A DNA stretch of 64,000 bases from Macrostomum lignano (lineage: Eukaryota). The stretch covers positions 124,001 through 188,000 of the forward strand of contig NIVC01000297.1 of assembly GCA_002269645.1 (NCBI GenBank). Direction: 5' to 3'. Shown here one piece after another: positions 23,001 to 33,300 of this stretch (positions are counted from its first letter, which is position 1; the number at the start of each line of letters is the position of its first letter). The notes under the pieces are model-generated. The model searched no databases, was not told the DNA's origin, and worked only from the letters and a program-made list of their open reading frames with translations. Position numbers and translations under genes: made by a program.

Positions 23001-23149
23001 AGGGAGGGAAACATAGCGGTGCAACCCAACCCAGCACAAGGTACCAAGTTACCAAATCTTCCACGCAAAGAAAAATAAAAATTTTCAACATAAAAGCAAC
23101 TCCACCAAGAACAATTAAGGTTTACTGAAAGTTCAGTTGCACTCGTAGG

Positions 23150-23660
23150 TCAGTCTATCCGGTGCCCTTGTGGTCCTCTCCGATCGCCGCAACCTCGGGT
23201 GGTTGTAGTTGTTGTAGCCCAGGCCAGTCGGTGGGCCGGGGCCAGCGCCCGGGAAGTTGGTCTCGAGAAACGTGGTGATCTCCTGAGGCTAGGTCCAGAG
23301 ATGCACGTCTTGGTTAAATTGGCATGCGACTGATGAGCTTCGTCTGATGAGCTTCTTTGGTACCGCAGTATCCAAGCTGGGATTCTTTGGGACTGTCGGC
23401 TGCTCGACTGAGTCGATTGGCCGCTTTCAGGCATCGTTTATAGCCGTCGAGGCGTTGAAGACTGCATGGTCGCGTTTTCTTCCTAGGTAGCGCCGCACGG
23501 TTCGTTCAGTCGTCGACAGGAAGATTTTTTCAATTAATAAGCGCGGCTGTTTGACGAGATGCACTATAGCCATAGTTGTTTGACAAGACAAATAGCTTTT
23601 TATCCCACTGCTCGCTTTCCTGATTTCTTGCAAGACGCAAGCAAAATCAGCACTCATCAG
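23150..23660 (-). mobile_element. Probable Gypsy integrase C-terminal remnant
   Basis: Minus strand ends in LRRSERTTRAPDRL, the LRRSxRxxxxPxRL-type motif common at Gypsy pol C-termini; interrupted by stops. Confidence 0.45.
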
Positions 23661-23689
23661 TGTTCTCTATGGTCAAACTAAGCCACGCA

Positions 23690-23945
23690 ACTCAGTTGTC
23701 TTTGGGTAAAACAACTCTTAAAACAGCCAATTGAAGCATGATAAAAAGTGTGGAATAATGACAGCGACAAAAGTGTGGAATAATGGCCGCAAAAGTGTGG
23801 AATAATGACTGAGCGCTGAGTGAAAGTATAAATACAATGCACTTGTATAGTATGCAACTTCGTTGAATAATGGCCATAGACACTCGTGCGCTACGCGCAC
23901 TCGAGTTTTGGCCATTATTCAACTCAGTTGCATACTATACAATCT
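23690..23945. mobile_element. Small non-autonomous element with a 33-bp terminal hairpin and internal short repeats
   Basis: 23843-23875 and 23910-23942 are inverted repeats (2 mismatches); AAAAGTGTGGAATAATG occurs three times. It sits where the Gypsy integrase breaks off after YFWWP. Confidence 0.55.
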
Positions 23946-26900
23946 ACCATTGTAAGGCCACCAGAAGTACTCTCGAGCTAGTCTGATCATGCGCACAATG
24001 CCCGGATGATTCTCGTGAAGAATTTGAATTCTTTTCGCATGGACTTTGGAGGCACGATTCGGAATCCCATTTTGAATGGAGTATTCCGCCTTGGATTTGG
24101 TGTACGGAAGCAGCTGTTTAGAAATGTAGCTTGGCCAACCTTGAGTAAGAAACTTCTTGATAACAGCAATTTCAGGGTCTCTGGTGTTGGCGACACGCCA
24201 AAGAATTGTCCCAGAAGAAGAAAATTCTACGAGAGAGTTTACCTTTAGCAGATTGACATCAAAATTTGAAAACGAAGTAGAAGCGTTTGTTGAAGGAATT
24301 CTGGACAGAGTATCTGCTGCGAGCATGGTGTCTCCCTTTTAGTAAGTGACTGTGTAGTCATAGGATCTGAGCAGCAATGCCCATCTCTGGAGTCTCGCAG
24401 AAACTCGGTCAGGAACTTTCGTTGTAGAGAAGATGTACTGCAAAGGTCTGTGATCAGAGATGATTGTAAAATGACGGCGTGCCAGAAATTGATGAAAATA
24501 TTTTACACCCTCGATAATTGCAAGAGCCTCCCGCTCAATGTTGGCGTAGTTGGCCTCAGCCTTGGTCAAAACTCTGCTTCCCAGCCATACAACTTCTTTT
24601 TGGTTCGTGTCGTGGGACAGCACAAATCCGACTCCACTCTGAGAAGCGTCGCAAGTTAGAAACAACGGCCTTTTTATATCATAAAAAACGATTCGACCTT
24701 CCGTTACAGCAGCTTTCAGTTGGGAGAACGCACTTGAGTGAACGACAGTCCATTTCCACTGAACCCCTTTCTTTAGGAGGTAATAGAGCGGCTTGGCGAT
24801 CATAGAGAAGTTCCGACAAAAAATCCCGTAGTGTCTTAAGGTGCATATAGCACTTCTCAATTGATCCCGGTCTTTTGGCTCTGACAAGTTGGATAGAGCT
24901 TCCACTCTTGCAGGATCAGGCAAAAGTTTCCCATCTCGGAGGAGAAATCCCAGAAATGTGACTTCTTTCTTGCACTCCTGAGTCTTACGCTCATTGATCT
25001 TGTATCCATGCTTTTTCAGTTTTTCCTTGACTTGCACCAGGATCTGTCGATGCTGCTCCATTGTTTCAGTGCCTAGAATGATGTCGTCCTGATAAGAAGC
25101 AGTGCCTGGTATTCCTTTGAGCAAGATATCCATAACTTCCTGAAATATCAGTGGTGCTGCCGATATCCCAAATTGTAACTTGCGGAAGGCAAAATGTCCT
25201 ACGTGGGTGGAAATACACGTAAGATCCTGACTTTCTGGCGTTAGGGGAATCTGCAAGAATACGTCTTCGAGGTCGAGCACTGAATACACTTTCGAATTTG
25301 GGATCTTTTGAAGGATTTCTTTCAAAGTTGGAAGTCGATATCGATCTCGATCTATTAGTCTGTTGAGAGTGACTGAATAGTCTCCACACAGTCTAATGGG
25401 TCTCTTTGATCCTTCTGGTTTCAACACAGGAACAATAGGGCACGATACCTTAGGCGAGTGAACTGGGTAGATGATACCTACACTTTCCAGTCTTTTCAGC
25501 TCCAGTTCAACCAAAGTTTTAATTGAGAACGGAAGGGATCTGGCAGGAAAGCACATTCCATCGGCAGAGGCACCGTCCTTCAGGCGAAAGCTGGCCTGGA
25601 ATCTTGAATTTTCATCACACTGCACTGGATGGCACAGAAATTCGTCTGCCGTCAATAGGTTGAAGGCACGAATAAAATTTATTCCCAAAATGGCTTGACT
25701 AGATGGGTCCCCGACATATATGCCTCCGCATGCCGTTTTGCCGTTTCTCAGCTCAATCGTGACGTCCTTAGCCATGCCTCGTACGGAAATGAAGCTCCCC
25801 CGAAAACTTTGAGTGATCGAATGTCCGCGTCAACCATGTGCAATCCGGCTTGCTCTACGATGGTTATACTGGCAAAATTGTCAAAATACTGGCACCTGAC
25901 TACCAGAGTCGACGCACATATGGACTGTGGAATCACCGATCGTGCAGACTATTTTCCAGAGTTCGTCGCATGGAGTAGCCTTGATCACCGAGTACACAGC
26001 TGAATCAGGTGGATCAGCGTCGGTTGCTTCAACTTCCGCGCACGTGACTTTCTTGCTGCCACCGATGTTGGACCTGCATGCTCTGGCAATGTGCCCGGTT
26101 TTTCCGCACTTGTGACATGTCGCATTACGGAACTTGCAGGTATTTCTAAGATGACCCGGGTTACCACAGGAATGGCAGCTAGACTTAGAATGATTCGGCG
26201 TTGTTGGCATTGGCCTGGATACCGTTGGATACTTTTGGTTGCTGCCGGTCTTCTTGTGAGTGGTTTTCTGCACTGCTGCGACGGTTTTGCTCGAATCAGT
26301 AGCTTGAGATACGGACTCCGATAAGAGACTATCCTTAACCGCAGTCTCTAGATCCAGCTTTTCCTTCACTAGTAATTTTTGCTTCAGAGAATTATCAGCC
26401 AGTCCGAAAATATACTGAGAAAGAATTAACTCTTCTCGCAGGTTGCCGAATTCGCATTTGTTGGCCTGTGTCTTCAGTCTCTCCAAAAACTTTGTCACCG
26501 ACTCACCCTGTATTTGGACCATGGTATGTAGCAGATGTCTGTCGTAGTGAAGAAGGCGCTTGGGTTTCAAGTGGCTCAGTACCGCTTCTTTGATGAAATC
26601 GAACGTACACTTTGTATCGTTTAAAATGTTTTCTGGCTGCACAAGTGTCTCAATCAGTGAAAATGCGGCATCTCCACAAGTAGCAAGTAGAACGGCTTTG
26701 CTCTGGTCATTCTTTTCCGTTGCGCTCATGTAAAAACCGAGGCGCTTGAAATACTGTTCGACATCGGGGTAGCACAGCGGCATCTCCCCCAGTCGGAAGT
26801 CGAGTCCGGAAGATATCGGAATGAAGATTTGGTGACTGCAGTATCGTCCCCCGGAGAATTAAATTTTCCTCGTCGCCATGTTGTACTTTTTGTAGTAACA

Positions 26901-27044
26901 AAGACGAATGCAGGGTGCCAAGTTAGGAAGAGGTCGTAGATGCATGCAGCGCGTATATTTTAGCAGCGAAGTAGCTGGCTGCTATACTTAAAATATGAAT
27001 AAGGCTTCGCCCATAAATCATAGAACTTAAGTTCATCCACAACA
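23945..27044 (-). mobile_element. Decayed Ty3/Gypsy element: 5' LTR 26879-27044, PBS, gag (25881-26783), PR-RT-RH (24339-25775), truncated integrase
   Basis: LTR TGTTGTGG...AGTACAACA followed by TGGCGACGAGGA (complementary to the tRNA-Ser(GCU) 3' end). Two CCHC knuckles, protease VDSGS, RT YQDD, RNase H CDAS, integrase LHENHPG...YFWWP. Frameshifts near the protease and a stop before the integrase; no matching 3' LTR. Confidence 0.9.
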
Positions 27045-28914
27045 CTGACCTACTAGTTGATGGTGCAATTGGCATTGGACCTGAGCTGAATGAGTTCTTG
27101 AATGCTAGGGTCAAGATCGAGTTTGTTGCTTCATCATGTTGTCTCTTGGCGAACAGGAGTTGACATATTTATGAGTACCTAGCATTGCGGTCTTAAGACA
27201 AAAAATGTGGCCTTAAATAACTTCGTAAAACAGAATAAGTCGGTAAAACAGAATGAAGACGCAATTTGATGCAGCTTGAAAAATTTCTGCCTCCAAAACC
27301 ATAGACACAGTCTACCATTGTCTGCCTCCAAAACCATAGACACAATCTACCATTGTCTGCCTCCAAAACCATACACACAATCTACCATTGTCTGCCTCCA
27401 AAACCAGACACACAATCTACCATTGTCTGCCTCCAAAACCAGACACACAATCTACCATTGTCTGCCTCCAAAACCATAGACACAATCTACCATTGTCTGC
27501 CTCCATAACCATACACACAATCTACCATTGTCTGCCTCCAAAACCAGACACACAATCTACCATTGTCTGCCTCCAAAACCAGACACACAATCTACCATTG
27601 TCTGCCTCCAAAACCATACACACAATCTACCATTGTCTGCCTCCAAAACCAGACACACAATCTACCATTGTCTGCCTCCAAAACCATACACACAATCTAC
27701 CATTGTCTGCCTCCAAAACCATACACACAATCTACCATTGTCTGCCTCCAAAACCATACACACAATCTACCATTGTCTGCCTCCAAAACCATACACACAA
27801 TCTACCATTGTCTGCCTCCAAAACCAGACACACAATCTACCATTGTCTGCCTCCAAAACCATACACACAATCTACCATTGTCTGCCTCCAAAACCATAGA
27901 CACAATCTACCATTGTCTGCCTCCAAAACCATACACACAATCTACCATTGTCTGCCTCCAAAACCAGACACACAATCTACCATTGTCTGCCTCCAAAACC
28001 ATACACACAATCTACCATTGTCTGCCTCCAAAACCATACACAACATCTACCATTGTCTGCCTCCAAAACCATACACACAATCTACCATTGTCTGCCTCCA
28101 AAACCGTACACACAATCTACCATTGTCTGCCTCCAAAACCATACACAACATCTACCATTGTCTGCCTCCAAAACCATACACACAATCTACCATTGTCTGC
28201 CTCCAAAACCGTACACACAAACTACCATTGTCTGCCTCCAAAACCATACACACAATCTACCATTGTCTGCCTCCAAAACCGTACACACAAACTACCATTG
28301 TCTGCCTCCAAAACCAGACACACAATCTACCATTGTCTGCCTCCAAAACCGTACACACAATCTACCATTGTCTGCCTCCAAAACCATACACACAATCTAC
28401 CATTGTCTGCCTCCAAAACCATACACACAATCTACCATTGTCTGCCTCCAAAACCATACACACAATCTACCATTGTCTGCCTCCAAAACCATACACACAA
28501 TCTACCATTGTCTGCCTCCAAAACCATACACACAATCTACCATTGTCTGCCTCCAAAACCGTACACACAAACTACCATTGTCTGCCTCCAAAACCAGACA
28601 CACAATCTACCATTGTCTGCCTCCAAAACCATACACACAATCTACCATTGTCTGCCTCCAAAACCAGACACACAATCTACCATTGTCTGCCTTCAAAACC
28701 ATGCACACAATCTACCATTGTCTGCCTCCAAAACCAGACACACAATCTACCATTGTCTGCCTCCAAAACCATACACACAATCTACCATTGTCTGCCTCCA
28801 AAACCGTACACACAAACTACCATTGTCTGCCTCCAAAACCAGACACACAATCTACCATTGTCTGCCTCCAAAACCGTACACACAATCTACCATTGTCTGC
28901 CTCCAAAACCAGAC

Positions 28915-31900
28915 TGTCGTGTCGTGGCTGGCTAGCCAAACTTGAGCCGCAAATGGGCGAGAGGTTGTTATTTATTGTAGTTGGCATTGCACATAGATGT
29001 ACATGCAGATACGAGTAAAGCATCAGCTAATAGATTAGACGGTTAGGCATAAGCGTACATTGACAGACAGAGCAGGCGGGGAGAGAGCAAGCAGTCCTAA
29101 ACTCAGCGCCAATAACAATTGGGGTGCAGCCCCACACTGCGCACTTCAAGTCAAGTCACGATACAACATCCCCTCATCACCAACGAGGAGACAGTCGGTC
29201 TGGGGCGACCCCTTTGGTCGACCTGCAGCTTCGTCGGGGCTCCGGTGTAGCTTCAGCGGCCTGCTGCGGTGGTGCCGCTGCGTCTGGCCGCTGGCTATCA
29301 GGTTCCGGGTTCCGGCCGCCTTCGTCAGGGTTCCGGCCGCCTTCGTCAGGGTTCCGGTCGCCGTCGTCAGGGCTCCGGCCGGCATCGTCAGGGTCCCGGC
29401 CGCTGTCGTCAGTGTTGTCCGTAACTTCCGCCCGGCTTGGACTCGGACGCAAGCGCAGCTGATCCCGGTGTGCCAGCACAGGCCTGTCATCCTTGTCCCG
29501 GGTGACCACGGCCGTGTTGTGGCCGGCCTGTACCACAAAGCGGACGGTCTCAGCCGGCCCCCCTGGCCGCGACTGGTAGACGAGCGGCGCATCGGTGTCG
29601 AATTGGAGGGTCAGCGGACTTCGCAGCTGTCGCCCCATAAGCGCAGATGGACTGCCACGCCCGTCGCCCCGCGGAGTGGCCCGGTAGTTAAGCAGCAGCT
29701 TGGCGAGGTACGCGTCGAACCGGCCCTGGTGCACGGCGAAGGCCCGCAGCCCCTTCTTGACGGTCTGGACCATGCGCTCGGCGCACCCGTTTGACTGCGG
29801 ATGATACGGCGGCGAGTGCATCGGCGAGCAGCCGATCTTCTTGAGCCACTCGTGCAGCTGCTGGTCACGGAACTCCGGAGCATTGTCCGCCACCAAGGTA
29901 TGCGGCACACCCAGGCGGGAGAAAATCAGGCGGAGTACCTTGATGACCGTCGTCGCGCTCTTGTCGGCAACAGGCACCGCTTCCGGCCAGCCGGAGAAGG
30001 CGTCCACCACAATGAGCAGCAGGCCGAAGCCGGGAACGTGAGCATGGTCCATGTGCACGCGTCTCCAGGGACCATCTTCAGCCGGCCAGGTGTGGCACGT
30101 TCTGGCAGGCATTGGACGGATCTCCGCGCATCGCTGGCATTGCTTGACGAAGTTTTCGACGTCCTCGCAGTGACCCGGCCACCAGGCTTCCAGCTTGAGT
30201 CGATTTCTTGTCGCTAGGGCACCGCAGTGCGAGTCGCCGTGAGCCGCTCGCAGCACGTCTTGCCGCAGCCGGCTAGGCGGGACCACCAGGTCTCTCAGGC
30301 AGACGACGCCATTCTCCACTGAGAGCTGCTGGCGGACGGCTTTATACGGTCGCTCCGCTGCCGAGCAGTTGTTCCACGCATTGCTGCGGATCCTGCGCTT
30401 GACGCTGGCGAGCACCGGGTCATTGTCAGTGGCGTCTCTGATCTGCTCCAGCTTGAGCACCTCCGTCTCTGTCCAGTGAACGAAGCTTTCCTGGCAGTCG
30501 TCTCCATCGCCTTCCTCCTTGAATTCAATTCGAGACAGCGCGTCGACATGCGGGATGCAGCTGCCCTTGATGTACGAGGTTTCGTAGTCGAAGGCCGACA
30601 GCTGCAACGCCCAGCGCATGATCCTAGCCGATGTGACCTTTGGAAGCTCCCGAGACGGACTAAAAATGAACTCCAATGGTTGATGATCGCACTGGAGCAC
30701 AAACTTGCTGCCGAGAAGAAAGTGTCTGGCTCTCTGAGTGGCCCACACCACAGCCAGGGCCTCTCGCTCGATATTCGAGTAATTTCTCTCAGCCGGTGTC
30801 AGCCGTCTTGACAGGTACATCACTGGGTGCTCGTCCTGAGAGAGGATTGCTGCTATGGCCTTTTCGCTGGCGTCAGTAGTCAGAGTTGTGCGCTTTCTTG
30901 CATCGAAGATTCGGACCACTGGGGAAGCTGCAAGCGCCTGCTTGAGCTCGTCAAACGCTTTCTGCTGCCGAGGTCCCCAATGGAACGCGACTTTCTTGCT
31001 CCGCAGCTCGGTCAGCGGCTCGGTCTTCTCCGAGTAGGACTTGATGTAGCGCGAGTAGTACACCGTCATTCCTAGAAACGATTCGAGTTCCTTTTTGCTC
31101 GCCGGGGTGCTCACGCCGAGGATTTTCTCCACCAGCTTCCGATCAGGGCGCACGCCGTCAGCCGCGATGCGGTAGCCAAGGAAACTGATTTCCGTGCTGC
31201 GGAAAACGCACTTTTTTTCGTTGATTGACATGCCGGCATCAGAAAGCGCTCTCAGCAGGTCCCGGACTTTGCTGTCCAATTCGTCCGCTGTGGTGGCGCC
31301 AACGCACATGTCGTCTTGGTAGATCACCAGGTTGCTGACCGCACCGCCGACCGTTGCCTCCATGGCAGCCTGGAACTGCGCACTGGCCGTCTTCACCCCG
31401 TATGGCATGCGCGTCCATCTGAGCAGGCCTAGGGGCGTGTTGATGGTGAGTATTTCTCTGGAGGCCTCGTCTAGCTCAATCTGGTTGTAGGCATTTGTTA
31501 AGTCTACAATTGCGAAGTGCTTCATACCTGCCAGGGCACTGAAGGCTTGCTCGATGTTGGGCAGTGGGTAGGCGTCAGAGCAGATCTTCGGGTTCACCCC
31601 GACCTTGTAGTCGGAGCAGATTCTCAGGTCTCCGTCGGCCTTGCGCACCACCACAATGGGCGATGCCCAACTGCTGCCACCTGGCGGCACAGGCTCGAGG
31701 ATCCCGGCGTCGATCATCGTCCGCAGCTTAGCCACCACCAGCGGCTTGAGATGAATCGGGAGCGGCCGGGCATCGAAGAAGCTGGGCTGAGCGTTCTCCC
31801 TGAGCAGGACCCGAGCACGGAAACCTTTGAGCTTGCCTAGCGGTTTGCTGCTGCGCTCCACTTGATTGACAGTCGCTGTGTCCAGCTTGAAGTCCAGCAC

Positions 31901-33300
31901 GTCTGTTCCGATGAGGCCGTGCTCCTTTGTGCATTCTGTGACCGTCACGTCCGCACAGGCGATTTGTCTCCCGACTTCGATGAGCGCCGTGAAGCATCCT
32001 CTAGTTCTGATGACCGTTCCGTCAAATTGTCGCAGTCTCAGCTTGGACTTTCGTAGCTTGGGCTCACCGAGGCTCCTCCAGAAGTTTATCGGAATGATGC
32101 TCGCACCGGATCCAGAGTCGAGCTGCATTTTGAACGGCTTGCCTTCAATGAGCACAGTTTTTATGCTGCCGCTTCCGCTCTCGTTGCCGACGATGGTGTA
32201 GATGCCTGCCTGCTCACACTCACTCGTGTCGATTTCATGGGCAGGTGCAACCGACTTGGACTTGGCGCTGCTCCTGCAGACTGCAGCAAAGTGGTTCCTG
32301 CGGTGGCACTTGTTACAGGTCTTCCCGAATGCAGGGCATTTGCCTGGCTGGTGCTGCAGACTACACGACCTGCACTGAGCACCGCTATTGCGGTTCCTGT
32401 CGATGCTGGAAACTGGTGTCGAACTCTCAGCCGTCTCGGAGCTTCTGCTAGGCTCTCGGGCTTCAGCAGATCGGTCGCTTGAGCTGTAGCTCTGGATGAG
32501 CTCTAACTGCTGGATGTACTGCAGACACGTGTCCAGAGTCACTGGATTCTCAGAGCTCTGAATGTGCTCAAGTGTTTTAGTCCGCTGGCTGTGGTCGCAC
32601 AAGCCGCTGATCAGCAGTGTTTGGATCAAGTCATCCTCGGCTGACTGTTTGCAGTCTTTTTCGTTGAGCTTGTCAAACTCACAGTGCTTTGCCGCGTCTC
32701 TCAAGCGCTCCGCGAACTGCTGGGCCGACTCTGTTGACAGCTGCCGCTGGGACATGAACCTTGTGCGCTCTGCAATCACCAGTTTCTTTTTGGGCTGGAG
32801 TCGCCCGATGATCATTTTCTTGATGTCCTTGAAGGTCATATCCTCAATGTTTTTCGGCTTTGCCATGATAGAGACGGATCGGACTGCATTGATTCCTGCT
32901 CGAGCAAGGAAGAGGTCTGTCACCTGCTTCTCTTCGTTTGTATCTTGCAGTTTTTTGTGCCTGCACAGTGCTTCAAAACTTTGCAGCCAGGCCTCAGCCA
33001 TGGCTGGATCATTGAGAGGTAATTCACTGGCTGCTTGCGACGCCATTGTCGTGTCGTGGCTGGCTAGCCAAACTTGAGCCGCAAATGGGCGAGAGGTTGT
33101 TATTTATTGTAGTTGGCATTGCACATAGATGTACATGCAGATACGAGTAAAGCATCAGCTAATAGATTAGACGGTTAGGCATAAGCGTACATTGACAGAC
33201 AGAGCAGGCGGGGAGAGAGCAAGTAGTCCTAAACTCAGCGCCAATAACAATTGGGGTGCAGCCCCACACTGCGCACTTCAAGTCAAGTCACGATACAACA
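28915..33300 (-). mobile_element. Intact full-length Ty3/Gypsy LTR retrotransposon (4386 bp)
   Basis: 254-bp LTRs at 28915-29168 and 33047-33300 (TG...CA) differ at one site (29092 C vs 33224 T). 5-bp TSD CAGAC at 28910-28914 and 33301-33305; PPT GATGAGGGGA beside the 3' LTR; PBS-like TGGCGTCGC beside the 5' LTR. Confidence 0.98.
29177..33046 (-). CDS. Gypsy gag-pol polyprotein, 1289 aa, uninterrupted
   Basis: CCHC knuckle (CNKCHRRNHFAAVC), protease LDSGS, RT YQDD, RNase H TDAS...YSNIEREALA, integrase HHCC and DDE core (IVVDAFSGW, VADNAPEF, SNGCAERMVQT). Confidence 0.97.
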   Translation of the reverse strand: MASQAASELPLNDPAMAEAWLQSFEALCRHKKLQDTNEEKQVTDLFLARAGINAVRSVSIMAKPKNIEDMTFKDIKKMIIGRLQPKKKLVIAERTRFMSQRQLSTESAQQFAERLRDAAKHCEFDKLNEKDCKQSAEDDLIQTLLISGLCDHSQRTKTLEHIQSSENPVTLDTCLQYIQQLELIQSYSSSDRSAEAREPSRSSETAESSTPVSSIDRNRNSGAQCRSCSLQHQPGKCPAFGKTCNKCHRRNHFAAVCRSSAKSKSVAPAHEIDTSECEQAGIYTIVGNESGSGSIKTVLIEGKPFKMQLDSGSGASIIPINFWRSLGEPKLRKSKLRLRQFDGTVIRTRGCFTALIEVGRQIACADVTVTECTKEHGLIGTDVLDFKLDTATVNQVERSSKPLGKLKGFRARVLLRENAQPSFFDARPLPIHLKPLVVAKLRTMIDAGILEPVPPGGSSWASPIVVVRKADGDLRICSDYKVGVNPKICSDAYPLPNIEQAFSALAGMKHFAIVDLTNAYNQIELDEASREILTINTPLGLLRWTRMPYGVKTASAQFQAAMEATVGGAVSNLVIYQDDMCVGATTADELDSKVRDLLRALSDAGMSINEKKCVFRSTEISFLGYRIAADGVRPDRKLVEKILGVSTPASKKELESFLGMTVYYSRYIKSYSEKTEPLTELRSKKVAFHWGPRQQKAFDELKQALAASPVVRIFDARKRTTLTTDASEKAIAAILSQDEHPVMYLSRRLTPAERNYSNIEREALAVVWATQRARHFLLGSKFVLQCDHQPLEFIFSPSRELPKVTSARIMRWALQLSAFDYETSYIKGSCIPHVDALSRIEFKEEGDGDDCQESFVHWTETEVLKLEQIRDATDNDPVLASVKRRIRSNAWNNCSAAERPYKAVRQQLSVENGVVCLRDLVVPPSRLRQDVLRAAHGDSHCGALATRNRLKLEAWWPGHCEDVENFVKQCQRCAEIRPMPARTCHTWPAEDGPWRRVHMDHAHVPGFGLLLIVVDAFSGWPEAVPVADKSATTVIKVLRLIFSRLGVPHTLVADNAPEFRDQQLHEWLKKIGCSPMHSPPYHPQSNGCAERMVQTVKKGLRAFAVHQGRFDAYLAKLLLNYRATPRGDGRGSPSALMGRQLRSPLTLQFDTDAPLVYQSRPGGPAETVRFVVQAGHNTAVVTRDKDDRPVLAHRDQLRLRPSPSRAEVTDNTDDSGRDPDDAGRSPDDGDRNPDEGGRNPDEGGRNPEPDSQRPDAAAPPQQAAEATPEPRRSCRSTKGVAPDRLSPRW

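Noticed and set aside
22860-23150. Candidate 3' LTR of the 23.9-27.0 kb Gypsy
   Set aside because: No direct repeat of 26879-27044; only a short TACAAAAAAGTACAACA match in inverted orientation within A-rich sequence, likely chance.
23328-23356. Tandem CTGATGAG (hammerhead or C/D-box-like)
   Set aside because: No downstream GAAA core or terminal stem; lies within a retroelement coding remnant.
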